IMG/VR virus record: IMGVR_UViG_3300014202_000218
Coordinates: 1 to 48,335 of that record
Source: a virus
Lineage: Duplodnaviria; Caudoviricetes
DNA length: 48,335 nucleotides
Direction: 5' to 3' (one strand)
Part shown: positions 16,349 through 25,593 of the stretch, piece after piece
Layout of the letters: every line of letters starts with the position of its first letter
Numbering within the stretch: the first letter of the stretch is position 1
Translations under genes and position numbers: made by a program
The notes under the pieces: generated by a model
Databases searched by the model: none
Seen by the model: the letters and a program-made list of their open reading frames with translations, nothing else
What the model was told of the DNA's origin: nothing

Positions 16349-17588
16349 TTATGTAGATGATGTACTCGAGGAATGTAACGATGTGGAGACACCTCGGGAT
16401 TGGATATACTGGAGTCTAATATGTACGATAGCTGCCGCAGCGGGTAGTGACTATTTTCTTGTTGCCTTTAATGGGAAGGTAACGTACAAACCAAATATCT
16501 ACACTATACTTATGGGAGAATCAGGATTAGGTAAGCAGTTTCCTGTATCTCTAGCTAAGAATCTTGTAGACCGTTCCGATACAACTCGTGTTATTTATGG
16601 ACGTTCATCCATTCAGGCTATAGTCAATGACATCTCCAAAACCAAACAACGAGAGCGTGGAAGTACTATTATGGATAGTCGTTGTTTCATTGTCAATGGT
16701 GAATTGTCTACTGCCATTATACAAGATCCACAAGCACTCACCATTCTTACTGACATCTACGATCCTCACACTAAGTGGGATAACACCCTTAAAGGAGATG
16801 GGTCAGGGGAAAAAGAGACTCTTACTGATCTTGCTACTACTGCTTTATTTGGCACAAGTCCATCTCACTTCTATGATTCTATCCCTCAAGTGAATATTGA
16901 AGGTGGATACATAGGCCGTAACCTCGTAATACGAGCAGAGAAACGCTACAAAGACCTTGATATGTTCTCAGATTCAGATGATGCTACTGACTTCCCATAT
17001 GCTAAATACGTAGAACACTTAGTAAAGATAGGCCAATCTGGTGGAAGGATGATACCAAATGCGGATGCTAAAGAGGCTATTAACTCCTTCCGCCGTAAAT
17101 GGAGACAAGAGCAGAGGGAAGATACAGTAGGATTCCTGAATCGAGTACCAGATCATATCATTAAAGTAGCCATGTGTCTCTGTCTTGCAGACTATGACTC
17201 GTATCGTACTCTCGTTATAAACCAGTCACATATTGAAGAAGCTATAGAAAAGGTTCTCCCATTAGCCCATACTACGAGGACAGTAACAGCAGGCTTAGGT
17301 GAAGATCCTATAGCTAAGCATACACGAGCCGTTATTGATTTTCTCATCAAGGCTCCAGAGCATAGACTCACTAGACGCCAGCTACTATCTAAGGGTTATG
17401 GAAACTATGATGCACCTGTTCTAGATCGTGTCTTAGCTACCCTTAATGAGGTAGGCTGGATTGAGACTATGCGTAAGATTGAATCGGGTTCTAACACTGA
17501 AGTAGAAATATCTCTACGAGGAGAGCCATTGAAGCAATACAATGATTACTTAGAGTCTCGTAAGAAGAAGGGAACGGCTAATGAGTAA
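16335..17588 (+). CDS. DUF3987-like AAA+ replicative helicase with C-terminal winged helix
   Basis: PNIYTILMGESGLGK, ELS, LFGTSP, GGYIGRNL, R....IKVAM. Confidence 0.8.
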   Translation: MLQPNYVDDVLEECNDVETPRDWIYWSLICTIAAAAGSDYFLVAFNGKVTYKPNIYTILMGESGLGKQFPVSLAKNLVDRSDTTRVIYGRSSIQAIVNDISKTKQRERGSTIMDSRCFIVNGELSTAIIQDPQALTILTDIYDPHTKWDNTLKGDGSGEKETLTDLATTALFGTSPSHFYDSIPQVNIEGGYIGRNLVIRAEKRYKDLDMFSDSDDATDFPYAKYVEHLVKIGQSGGRMIPNADAKEAINSFRRKWRQEQREDTVGFLNRVPDHIIKVAMCLCLADYDSYRTLVINQSHIEEAIEKVLPLAHTTRTVTAGLGEDPIAKHTRAVIDFLIKAPEHRLTRRQLLSKGYGNYDAPVLDRVLATLNEVGWIETMRKIESGSNTEVEISLRGEPLKQYNDYLESRKKKGTANE

Positions 17589-17826
17589 CGCTAAACTCAC
17601 CGGCCGTATTAAGAAGCCTAACAGCCGTGGATTCGGATTCATTGAGACGGCTGAAGGAATAGACTTCTTCTTCCACTATTCATCCTTCGATGGAGACTGG
17701 AAGAAGATGCTATCTAGTTACCTCGCTAATAATAACCTCGTGGTAGAGTTTGAGAATGACCCTACTACGATAGATGGACCTAAAGCTAAAAACGTTAAGA
17801 TTATAGGAACGGAGTCAGACCGATGA
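17581..17826 (+). CDS. Cold-shock domain protein
   Basis: RGFGFI (RNP1), FFFHYS (RNP2), GPKAKNV. Confidence 0.88.
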   Translation: MSNAKLTGRIKKPNSRGFGFIETAEGIDFFFHYSSFDGDWKKMLSSYLANNNLVVEFENDPTTIDGPKAKNVKIIGTESDR

Positions 17827-18023
17827 TGAAGGGTAAAGTTAAGAATCTTAAGCCGGAACAGAACTTCGGGTTTATTCGTGGAGAGGATGGTCAAGAGTAT
17901 TTCTTCCATCGCTCTGCTGTTGTTGGGGATTATTATGACTCTATGGAGAAAGGATCTCCTGTAGAGTTTGAGGGTGAAGATACACCTAAAGGGCTTAGAG
18001 CAGAGCAGGTTATTCTACTCTAG
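17823..18023 (+). CDS. Cold-shock domain protein
   Basis: KGKVK, FGFI, YFFHRS, VEF, PKGLRAEQV. Confidence 0.92.
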   Translation: MMKGKVKNLKPEQNFGFIRGEDGQEYFFHRSAVVGDYYDSMEKGSPVEFEGEDTPKGLRAEQVILL

Positions 18024-18033
18024 GGTAGGGGGA

Positions 18034-18072
18034 GGCTAGTATAGTATTACAGACCATCCTACTATACTAGCC
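18034..18072. terminator. Hairpin between the convergent early and late operons
   Basis: Perfect 13-bp stem ggctagtatagta/tactatactagcc; no clear U-tract. Confidence 0.65.
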
Positions 18073-18086
18073 GTCCTACTGTCCTA

Positions 18087-20858
18087 CTATTGAAGGCGTA
18101 GACTCGGCTTACCCATTCCCAAATCTAACTTCTTTTTCGGTGGACCATATGATTGTACTGATGCTCCGAACGTAGCTGGTATTATAGCCCAGAATGACTT
18201 CGGATCTTCCTTCGCTAGTTCTGCTGCGTCCTGTAGTAGCATAGGAGTAAACCTATCTATTATCTCAGGAGCTATCTTAAAGTCTTCACCTTTGAAGTCT
18301 TTACCAGATACCAGCCCCATAGCAAAAGATGCTAATGGAGCTTCCTTACTCTCCATGAAGTTATAGAATATATCCTTACCTGTATCTCCTCTATAACCTT
18401 CTCCTAGCTCTCTTGTCTTACCTGTAGCTGAAGATGTAGTCTTACCCCCCTGCAGACCAAGATGACCACCAGTGCTCTTATCTATAGTTTGGGCTACTTC
18501 TGGTATTAGTCTTGCCATCAGTACCATATACTGCTGGAACCCGCCACCTATATCTATCCTAGTCTTATTACTAATCTTAATCTTCATAAAGTCAGAAGAT
18601 GTAGGATTAAATGATACATCTACACCTGGTAGCATATTAGCAACTGTGCCCATAGCAGTAGCTGCAGTAAACATTGAGCCCATAGACTTCAACATTTCTT
18701 TGCGTACAAATGGGTCAGCGTTTATATATTTATCAGGCCGTAGTAGATTTATTCTAGATGCCATAAGACGTGGAGAGAATAGAGTAGCATTAAGTATCTT
18801 AGCACTACTTTCAAATCTTCCTATACTACCACGCCCAGTACCAGTATTAACGAAGTTCATTATTTCACGAGCTAGGAGTGGGTCTTTAGCTACATTCCTA
18901 CCAGCACCTTGAGTCGCATTCAGTAGGTCATCTGATACTTGATCACGAACAAGATCTAGATATCCAGTAAATGCTCTATTAGAAGACTTAACCATTCGCC
19001 CTAGGATAGGTACTTCTTCAGCAAGGGCTGATAGGAATTGCTCTTCTCTTACAGCATCCGTATCAGTGAACTGCAGACCATTCTTTACCTTGAATCTGTA
19101 GTTTGGTGAATCTTTTATCTTCTGTATATTTGCCCTATAATATTCATCATCAGCAAACATACGAATCATAGGACTGATATTCTTCCAGAACTCCTTCTTT
19201 CCAACAAAAGGAGCGGCCTGCCGCAATGGTGATAGGTCCACTGACGACATGATAGAGCGGCTAGTATTACCTATTGTAGGTATATAGCCGTCTTTATCAA
19301 TAGCCTCTCTCACCTTCCCAGGGAACGACGTAAGTTTATCAGCTTCCTCTTTGAGGTACTGAGGTAGTCCGGTAATGTTGCCGGACTCGTCGTTCAATAA
19401 CTTTGATTTTGCCCTAGCTCTATCAAGTTTACCTGATATAACTTTTATTCTTTCTTCAGCCGATCTGATTAGAAATGGTACTCGATCCTTCTCTGCCTTC
19501 TTTAATATTCCCTGTGCTGTGGCAAGCTCATTCTCTAGTTTTTGCACAGCCTTTGGGGGTAGACTAGTTATATCATTATTCGTACCACCAAACTTTGATG
19601 TAGCCGTGACCTGGGGTTCTACCTGAGAGGTAGTATTACCCTGAGGACCGTCTACAGCATCCAATGCATCAGCCGCGTTTATAGGCTCAGTAGGAGGAAC
19701 CCAATCACTACCGTATGCAGGATTAGGTTTCTCTGGTTTAGAGAATGCTGATGTTAGGGACATTCTCTTTGATGCTCTAGGCTTACCTTCTAGAGCCGTC
19801 TTCATTTCAGTCTCACGCTGCTTATGAAGCTGGCGCTCCTGAGTAGACGGCTGCTGTACACTATCCTCATCGAATACAGATGTAACCCTAGGATCACTAC
19901 CGGCTATTGGTTTTTGCTTTGGGGTAATATCATCAGTAAACTGGCTTACTGCACTAGGCTTAACTAGATTCTGTGGAGGAATAGGTTCAGGACTATCCAC
20001 AACAGGCTGAAACTCCGGCAGTTCCGCCGTACTTCTTACCGGTACTTCAGGTATATCTATAGGCTTATTCCTCTCCGCCATCAGTTCAGCGATATGTGCC
20101 TGATTACCCGTCCACTGAGGAAGATCCGGCGTATCTCCCTCTATAGCAAAGATATCCTTACCTTTACTACTAGGAACCATATCTATTACACCAGCATTAC
20201 TTCTACTCAGACCACTCTCAGGCATATCATACTGACCAGCCTTCAAGAGCTTGGGTGGAGCTTCTGGTGGAGCAGTAAATTTCATCTTAGCTTGTGGTTT
20301 ACCAGACATCTTATATCCAGCAACACCAGCAAGAGCTTCTACTCCACCACCTACCTTTTCTCCTAGAGTCTCACCAGTATTAGCCTTATATAGACCATGG
20401 CCAACAGCACCAGCAGAGGCTAGTTTTTGAGCCCTTCTTCCAAATCCAAGGAGTTTATTACTGACCATTCCACCTACACCAGTAGCTGTAAGGGCTTGGT
20501 TTATAGGTGAAGTAAAGGATGATACTAGATCATCTGTACCCTCAGCAACTCCAGAAGCAAAACCTTTCAGCCGTGCTCCCCATACAGAATCATCTTTATC
20601 AGGATGGCCCTGTTCTTCGTTTATTCTCCTAGCCTCAGGAGACATAAGTCTAACAGTAGGGGCATTAATTCTATCCCATGTATCAGATAGACTCTGACCC
20701 CATGTTTTAGGCTTCTCCTCTTCCTTTACCTGAGGCTGAGATATTTGAGGTACTCTCTCTAGAGCTAGATCAGTTTGACTCTTCTCAGTATCAATAGGAG
20801 CAGTAGGAGGTTTCCATCCACTACCACCAATGGGTTTAGTAGGTGGTGTCCAGGGCAT
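18087..20858 (-). CDS. Large internal virion/ejection protein
   Basis: 923 aa, last late gene; low-complexity middle, helical C-terminal domain; position typical of podovirus core proteins. Confidence 0.65.
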   Translation of the reverse strand: MPWTPPTKPIGGSGWKPPTAPIDTEKSQTDLALERVPQISQPQVKEEEKPKTWGQSLSDTWDRINAPTVRLMSPEARRINEEQGHPDKDDSVWGARLKGFASGVAEGTDDLVSSFTSPINQALTATGVGGMVSNKLLGFGRRAQKLASAGAVGHGLYKANTGETLGEKVGGGVEALAGVAGYKMSGKPQAKMKFTAPPEAPPKLLKAGQYDMPESGLSRSNAGVIDMVPSSKGKDIFAIEGDTPDLPQWTGNQAHIAELMAERNKPIDIPEVPVRSTAELPEFQPVVDSPEPIPPQNLVKPSAVSQFTDDITPKQKPIAGSDPRVTSVFDEDSVQQPSTQERQLHKQRETEMKTALEGKPRASKRMSLTSAFSKPEKPNPAYGSDWVPPTEPINAADALDAVDGPQGNTTSQVEPQVTATSKFGGTNNDITSLPPKAVQKLENELATAQGILKKAEKDRVPFLIRSAEERIKVISGKLDRARAKSKLLNDESGNITGLPQYLKEEADKLTSFPGKVREAIDKDGYIPTIGNTSRSIMSSVDLSPLRQAAPFVGKKEFWKNISPMIRMFADDEYYRANIQKIKDSPNYRFKVKNGLQFTDTDAVREEQFLSALAEEVPILGRMVKSSNRAFTGYLDLVRDQVSDDLLNATQGAGRNVAKDPLLAREIMNFVNTGTGRGSIGRFESSAKILNATLFSPRLMASRINLLRPDKYINADPFVRKEMLKSMGSMFTAATAMGTVANMLPGVDVSFNPTSSDFMKIKISNKTRIDIGGGFQQYMVLMARLIPEVAQTIDKSTGGHLGLQGGKTTSSATGKTRELGEGYRGDTGKDIFYNFMESKEAPLASFAMGLVSGKDFKGEDFKIAPEIIDRFTPMLLQDAAELAKEDPKSFWAIIPATFGASVQSYGPPKKKLDLGMGKPSLRLQ

Positions 20859-21913
20859 TACTTAAACCCAGCTTTCTTAGCTTCCTCTATATCTTTAGCT
20901 GACCAGGTAGAGATGTCATACACATTACCATCACGGTCAGTCATAGTCTTAGGAGCCGTCTTGACTCTAACAGAAGTCTTTACTGGTTTGGTATTAGTAC
21001 GCTTAGTTTTCCTAGTAACCTTAGTACCTTCTTCATTTATCTCAGCAGTACTCTCAGTGCTACTATCTGCTATAGCTGGAGCAGTCTGTTTAGTAGTTCT
21101 ATTTTCTTCACCCCTAGCAGATATTCTACCAAGCTCCTGCTCATTACCTTCAGCTTGAGTAGTCCTAGCCTGAGCACCACGAGCGGCTATTGCTTGGAGA
21201 ACCCCAGTTTGTTTGAGTTCAAGTTCATCTTCCTCACTCATAGTACCAGTGGGAATACCAAGGTCAACAGTCTCATTAGTCTCTGGATTGACGGATACCC
21301 AATTACCACCCTCAGTCTTAATGATCTTGTGGTTTGGATTCTCCATCTTATGCTTCTGTACAAGAATACGAGCCGCACGGGATTCTGCTAGAGACTTTCT
21401 ATTACCCTCAAGGCTAGCAGCATTTCTCTCAGCTACAGCCGTAGTTCTCTTCTTTATATCCCTATCAAAAGCAGTATTACCCATATCCTGCTCTATTTTG
21501 GAACCCTTCTCAAGATCACCAAGCATTGCTCTCCTACGAGAGACATCAGCAAGATACGGCTCATGAACGAATGCTCTACCACCTTCAGGATCACCACCAG
21601 CACCACGCAAAGCACCAGCAATCCTACGCATTATACCAGGTTTGTATTTCTCATCATACATATCTGGTTCAGGCTCTTCTAGAACCTTACGATATCTAGA
21701 CGTAATAGGATTCTGATCTTGCTGCTGTGTCTGTTGCGGCTGTGGAGAAGGACCATTCTGCATCATAGGATATCCTTGCTCTTCCTCTACAGGACCACTC
21801 ATGTCCAAACGAGAAAAAGGATTCCTTTGTTGCATAGACTGTCTAGACTCCCCAGCCGTGCCGAACATATTACGCTGTCTCAGCATAGGAGATATATCAA
21901 ACATTCCCATCAC
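20858..21913 (-). CDS. Putative ejection (internal virion) protein
   Basis: 351 aa, Q/P-rich then charged helical region; synteny. Confidence 0.55.
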   Translation of the reverse strand: MMGMFDISPMLRQRNMFGTAGESRQSMQQRNPFSRLDMSGPVEEEQGYPMMQNGPSPQPQQTQQQDQNPITSRYRKVLEEPEPDMYDEKYKPGIMRRIAGALRGAGGDPEGGRAFVHEPYLADVSRRRAMLGDLEKGSKIEQDMGNTAFDRDIKKRTTAVAERNAASLEGNRKSLAESRAARILVQKHKMENPNHKIIKTEGGNWVSVNPETNETVDLGIPTGTMSEEDELELKQTGVLQAIAARGAQARTTQAEGNEQELGRISARGEENRTTKQTAPAIADSSTESTAEINEEGTKVTRKTKRTNTKPVKTSVRVKTAPKTMTDRDGNVYDISTWSAKDIEEAKKAGFK

Positions 21914-23277
21914 TACACCTCACTACGCCGAATGCCAGTGGTAGATAGTTTATCTGGACTCCATATTCCAGACAATCCACCAGTCATAATATTACCACCC
22001 ATACCAGCAACCTGACCAGCGACATTAAGCCCGGATGATATAGTAGAACCTATGCCAGGAATTCTAGATGCACCAATACGATTGTTGATTTCATCCTGAC
22101 CAAAACCATGCTGCATATTACGATAGTCCATGAGCTGATTCTGATTATATAGCAACTCATTAGGAGTAGCCTGATATGTACTCAGAAGTCCTTCATTACC
22201 ATGGAACCTATCTCTCTGTTCCATCTCAGCGGACCATCTCCTATTAGCATCATCCCTAGCAGCCGCAGCAGCTCCAGCGGATGCACCAATAGCAGCTTTA
22301 CTATTAGCATCCTGAGACATACCAGATGCAGCACCAAGACGTGACTGATTAATTAGACCCTGTGTACCAAGATCCGTATCAGCACTACCCTTAAGATCAG
22401 ACGATATCTGACCCTGCTTCCTTATATCCATATCTCCAGCCACACCATAGCCAGAGAGAGTATTCTTGGATGTAAGATCAGCAAGCCTCAGATTATTATC
22501 AGCAAGGGTCTTAGATGCATCCATCCTACCAGCGCGGATACTATCAGACAAACCAAGCTCAGTATCTCTAGCCGCATCAGCAGAAGCCTGAGCTTGATTC
22601 CTCGCGAGTTTGAATCCGGCTCTATCCCAACCTGGTCCGAGGTTATTAATACTACGTCGCTGGGCCATATCTCCGCGGAATGTATCATAGTTAGATGCTA
22701 TACCAGATGCAGTCCTATTACGGACATTGGACTTATCATCCTCTGTATATCCACCAGTCTGTTCTACATCCTCAAGATACTTACGCTGTATTCCAGCTCT
22801 ATCAGCCGCTGACACTCCACCAGTTTTAGCAAACTCCGATAGACCAGCAATAGCACCATCAGCGTTCTTGAAATTACCAGCCGTATTCCTCAGCCGTTCA
22901 GCTACTGAAGTAACATTGCTCAGCCGCGTAGGATCAAATCCGCCTTCTTTATTACCTAACTCATTCCAGATGCCCATATATCCGCTAGTATTAGGACTAT
23001 TACCACTACCACTTGCACTCCCGCCACCACCACCTCCAGAACCAGAGGAAGGTTGAGCAGGACGAGCACCAGCAGAGAGACCACCATAATAGTCTTTATT
23101 ACCAGTAGCAGCGTTTGAGTAGTTATCCCAAATCAGGCCTCTTTCTCCATCAGAACGAGTGGTTAGTTCGTCTACTCTAGCCTTTGATTCGCCTATACCA
23201 GCCTGAGAAGATTCCCTATCTCTATCGACTTGAGCTGATATAGCATTTTGGGTCTTTCTCTGATCAGCTTTACCCAT
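21913..23277 (-). CDS. Putative ejection/pilot protein
   Basis: 454 aa, G/A/S-rich with Gly-rich amphipathic C-terminus; synteny. Confidence 0.6.
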   Translation of the reverse strand: MGKADQRKTQNAISAQVDRDRESSQAGIGESKARVDELTTRSDGERGLIWDNYSNAATGNKDYYGGLSAGARPAQPSSGSGGGGGGSASGSGNSPNTSGYMGIWNELGNKEGGFDPTRLSNVTSVAERLRNTAGNFKNADGAIAGLSEFAKTGGVSAADRAGIQRKYLEDVEQTGGYTEDDKSNVRNRTASGIASNYDTFRGDMAQRRSINNLGPGWDRAGFKLARNQAQASADAARDTELGLSDSIRAGRMDASKTLADNNLRLADLTSKNTLSGYGVAGDMDIRKQGQISSDLKGSADTDLGTQGLINQSRLGAASGMSQDANSKAAIGASAGAAAAARDDANRRWSAEMEQRDRFHGNEGLLSTYQATPNELLYNQNQLMDYRNMQHGFGQDEINNRIGASRIPGIGSTISSGLNVAGQVAGMGGNIMTGGLSGIWSPDKLSTTGIRRSEV

Positions 23278-23282
23278 CTTCG

Positions 23283-23651
23283 TTACTCCACAAATAAAAC
23301 TAGATTAGTGCCTTGGGCCTTCTGAAACCCAAAATGCTTCACGAGAATATCACGAATCTTATCGTTAGCGAATGCGTGTACTAGATCATATTTCAGATCT
23401 TTTACACTAGCCGTCCCTACCTTTACCATTTGGCGTAGAGCCTCTATCTTATCTCTACGCTTAGCCCCACCTACCGTTAGGAACGAGCACTCTAGGACTG
23501 TATTCAGAGACATGAGAGCAATAGGTTTACCTTCATCATCTTCAGCTATCATAATCCATTCAAGATGATCAGGGTCTAGCTTGAACTCATGCTCCTTGAA
23601 TATCTCCTGGATGAACTTACTATCACCTTTATTCGCCCCTCGTATATTCAT
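23283..23651 (-). CDS. GNAT-fold virion-associated protein
   Basis: MNIRGA...IMIAEDDEGKPIA...LVKHFGFQK pattern; precedes the ejection genes. Confidence 0.55.
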   Translation of the reverse strand: MNIRGANKGDSKFIQEIFKEHEFKLDPDHLEWIMIAEDDEGKPIALMSLNTVLECSFLTVGGAKRRDKIEALRQMVKVGTASVKDLKYDLVHAFANDKIRDILVKHFGFQKAQGTNLVLFVE

Positions 23652-23652
23652 A

Positions 23653-24660
23653 CTATGTCTTTATGATATAATTAATAACGAGACACGGTGGATTACTACT
23701 ACCAGTAGCTCCAGTACCACCAGCCGCTGTAGTACCAGTAGCAGTACCACCAGCAGGATTAGCTGATGATGCAGTTATACCAGTTGTAGCACTACCAGTA
23801 TTACCACCTACTAGGTTCCATGTAGCGAAGTGAATACCTACCTGAGCATCTGAACTTACCGTATGCCCATGAGCACTATGGGTATGGCCAGGATCAGTTA
23901 TAGTAATAGTGTGCGTATGGTTGATAACATCGGTGTACGTATGTGTATGTGATGGACCAGTATGAGTATGGTCAATCGCACCAAATGTACCAGCAAGAGT
24001 GCTACCAGTTCCAGATGCAGCCCTACCAATCGGAATACGTTGGCGAAGATCTGGTAAATTAAAAGTTGTACTTCCATCACCGACACCATAAGTAGTCCCT
24101 ATAACTCCAAATAGAGCAGAATATGTTGTACGTGATACGGCACTACCATCACAAAGTAAATACCCAGTGGGAGCACTATTAGTAAACCATAGCATCCCGC
24201 TACCAGCAGGAGCACCAGGTATATCTATAAATGTCTGATTATCAGCTAGAACCTTAGCTCCAGCTCCAGCACCACCTGAACCCAAACGTGCTGAGGGTAC
24301 TGTTCCAGATGTAATACGGCTACCATTAATATCTACTAGAGTGCCAATCGTACCGCCAGTAATATTAACGTTATTACCATCTTGAGTAGCAATAGTACCT
24401 AGACCCAGAGCCGTTCTAGCTGCAGATGCAGTAGCACCACCAGTACCACCGCCAGCAATAGATAGGACTTTATCTTCCCATACTCCAGCTACACGCTCCT
24501 GGAATTTAGAAGAAGCCCTTAGCCACTTCATAGCTCCAGTAGGTATATTAGAAGGATCGTTAACGCACAATGTTAGTGCATCAACGTCTCTTTCCTTTAG
24601 GACTGATAGTACATCAGTATAGGCTGATGTTAGTCCGGGTTCGTTGAAATCTGCTGGCAT
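23653..24660 (-). CDS. Tail fiber protein with tail-collar domain
   Basis: PTGYLLCDGSAVSRTTYSALF..IGTTYG.GDGSTTFNLPDLR; HTH repeats; GGTGATASAARTALGLG. Confidence 0.9.
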   Translation of the reverse strand: MPADFNEPGLTSAYTDVLSVLKERDVDALTLCVNDPSNIPTGAMKWLRASSKFQERVAGVWEDKVLSIAGGGTGGATASAARTALGLGTIATQDGNNVNITGGTIGTLVDINGSRITSGTVPSARLGSGGAGAGAKVLADNQTFIDIPGAPAGSGMLWFTNSAPTGYLLCDGSAVSRTTYSALFGVIGTTYGVGDGSTTFNLPDLRQRIPIGRAASGTGSTLAGTFGAIDHTHTGPSHTHTYTDVINHTHTITITDPGHTHSAHGHTVSSDAQVGIHFATWNLVGGNTGSATTGITASSANPAGGTATGTTAAGGTGATGSSNPPCLVINYIIKT

Positions 24661-24815
24661 TTCGTCTCCAGTTCTAGGATTCTACCAGCCATATTCTGGA
24701 TAGTATGAGTCTGTTCGTTTATGATCCCGCGCTGACTATTGAGCATTACATTCTGATTCTCAACAGTACAGCGTAGCTCTGAGATAACGGCTATAATAGC
24801 CTCGTTGGCTGTCAT
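24630..24815 (-). CDS. Small coiled-coil protein
   Basis: 61 aa, coupled start. Confidence 0.55.
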   Translation of the reverse strand: MTANEAIIAVISELRCTVENQNVMLNSQRGIINEQTHTIQNMAGRILELETKCQQISTNPD

Positions 24816-25054
24816 ATAATCACACTCTGCCTAGCTCTATAGTCAGCTATAGTCTGGGCATCCCATATAAGATTACATATCCTACGCAGACGCAATGGTA
24901 GTGTTGATACGTCTTGTCCAGGAATAAGAGTGAGTACAGCGAATAGCCGCACTATCTCTTTACCGTCCCTGTCAATAACAGTATCCCTACGAACAGTGAT
25001 AACACCGTCTTCCTTTATCTCTATTACACCGTCAACGGCTCTTTCAGTTATCAT
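24812..25054 (-). CDS. Tail fiber-associated protein (putative chaperone)
   Basis: 80 aa directly after a fiber-like gene; VR.DT.I.RDG.EI...PG.DVS pattern. Confidence 0.6.
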   Translation of the reverse strand: MITERAVDGVIEIKEDGVITVRRDTVIDRDGKEIVRLFAVLTLIPGQDVSTLPLRLRRICNLIWDAQTIADYRARQSVII

Positions 25055-25593
25055 GCTGAAGCCCTATAAGATATCGTACCAACAAGACGGGTAGTATCGG
25101 TAACGTCAGCCGTTGTAAATGATATCGCTGTTGTTACTGCTGCTACTGTTCCAAATGGTGTAGCTGCAGTAGAACTTGCAGCCATTACAAGATTTAATGT
25201 TACTACAGCCGTATTCAAGTTAGACCAGAACGATATCACACCACTGAATACACGATTTAGTGAAGTGAATGGCAAACCTTTTATCTGCAACGTAGTAGTA
25301 ATAGTACCTTTAGCAGAGAGTGTAACATCAAACCAGACAGTTACATTCTGTCCTATCTTAATGTACGTTCCCTCTTGATTAGAGTAACTTTGCCCACTCT
25401 CACCACCACTACCACCAATTACAGGAGTCCAAGTTCCTTCTTCATAATCGTCTAGGGCATTAGCATCAGATGATGGAGAATGTGTAGCTGGAAACTGGTG
25501 TGATGCTACTTCTATCGGATCCCAGTTATCACCATCATCAACAGATATCTCGTATATCTCAGTAGAGGTATTATATCGTATAAAATTAGCCAT
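25051..25593 (-). CDS. Short tail fiber/receptor-binding protein
   Basis: NALDDYEEGTWTP...GTYIKIG..V...GLPFTS fiber-tip motif. Confidence 0.8.
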   Translation of the reverse strand: MANFIRYNTSTEIYEISVDDGDNWDPIEVASHQFPATHSPSSDANALDDYEEGTWTPVIGGSGGESGQSYSNQEGTYIKIGQNVTVWFDVTLSAKGTITTTLQIKGLPFTSLNRVFSGVISFWSNLNTAVVTLNLVMAASSTAATPFGTVAAVTTAISFTTADVTDTTRLVGTISYRASA

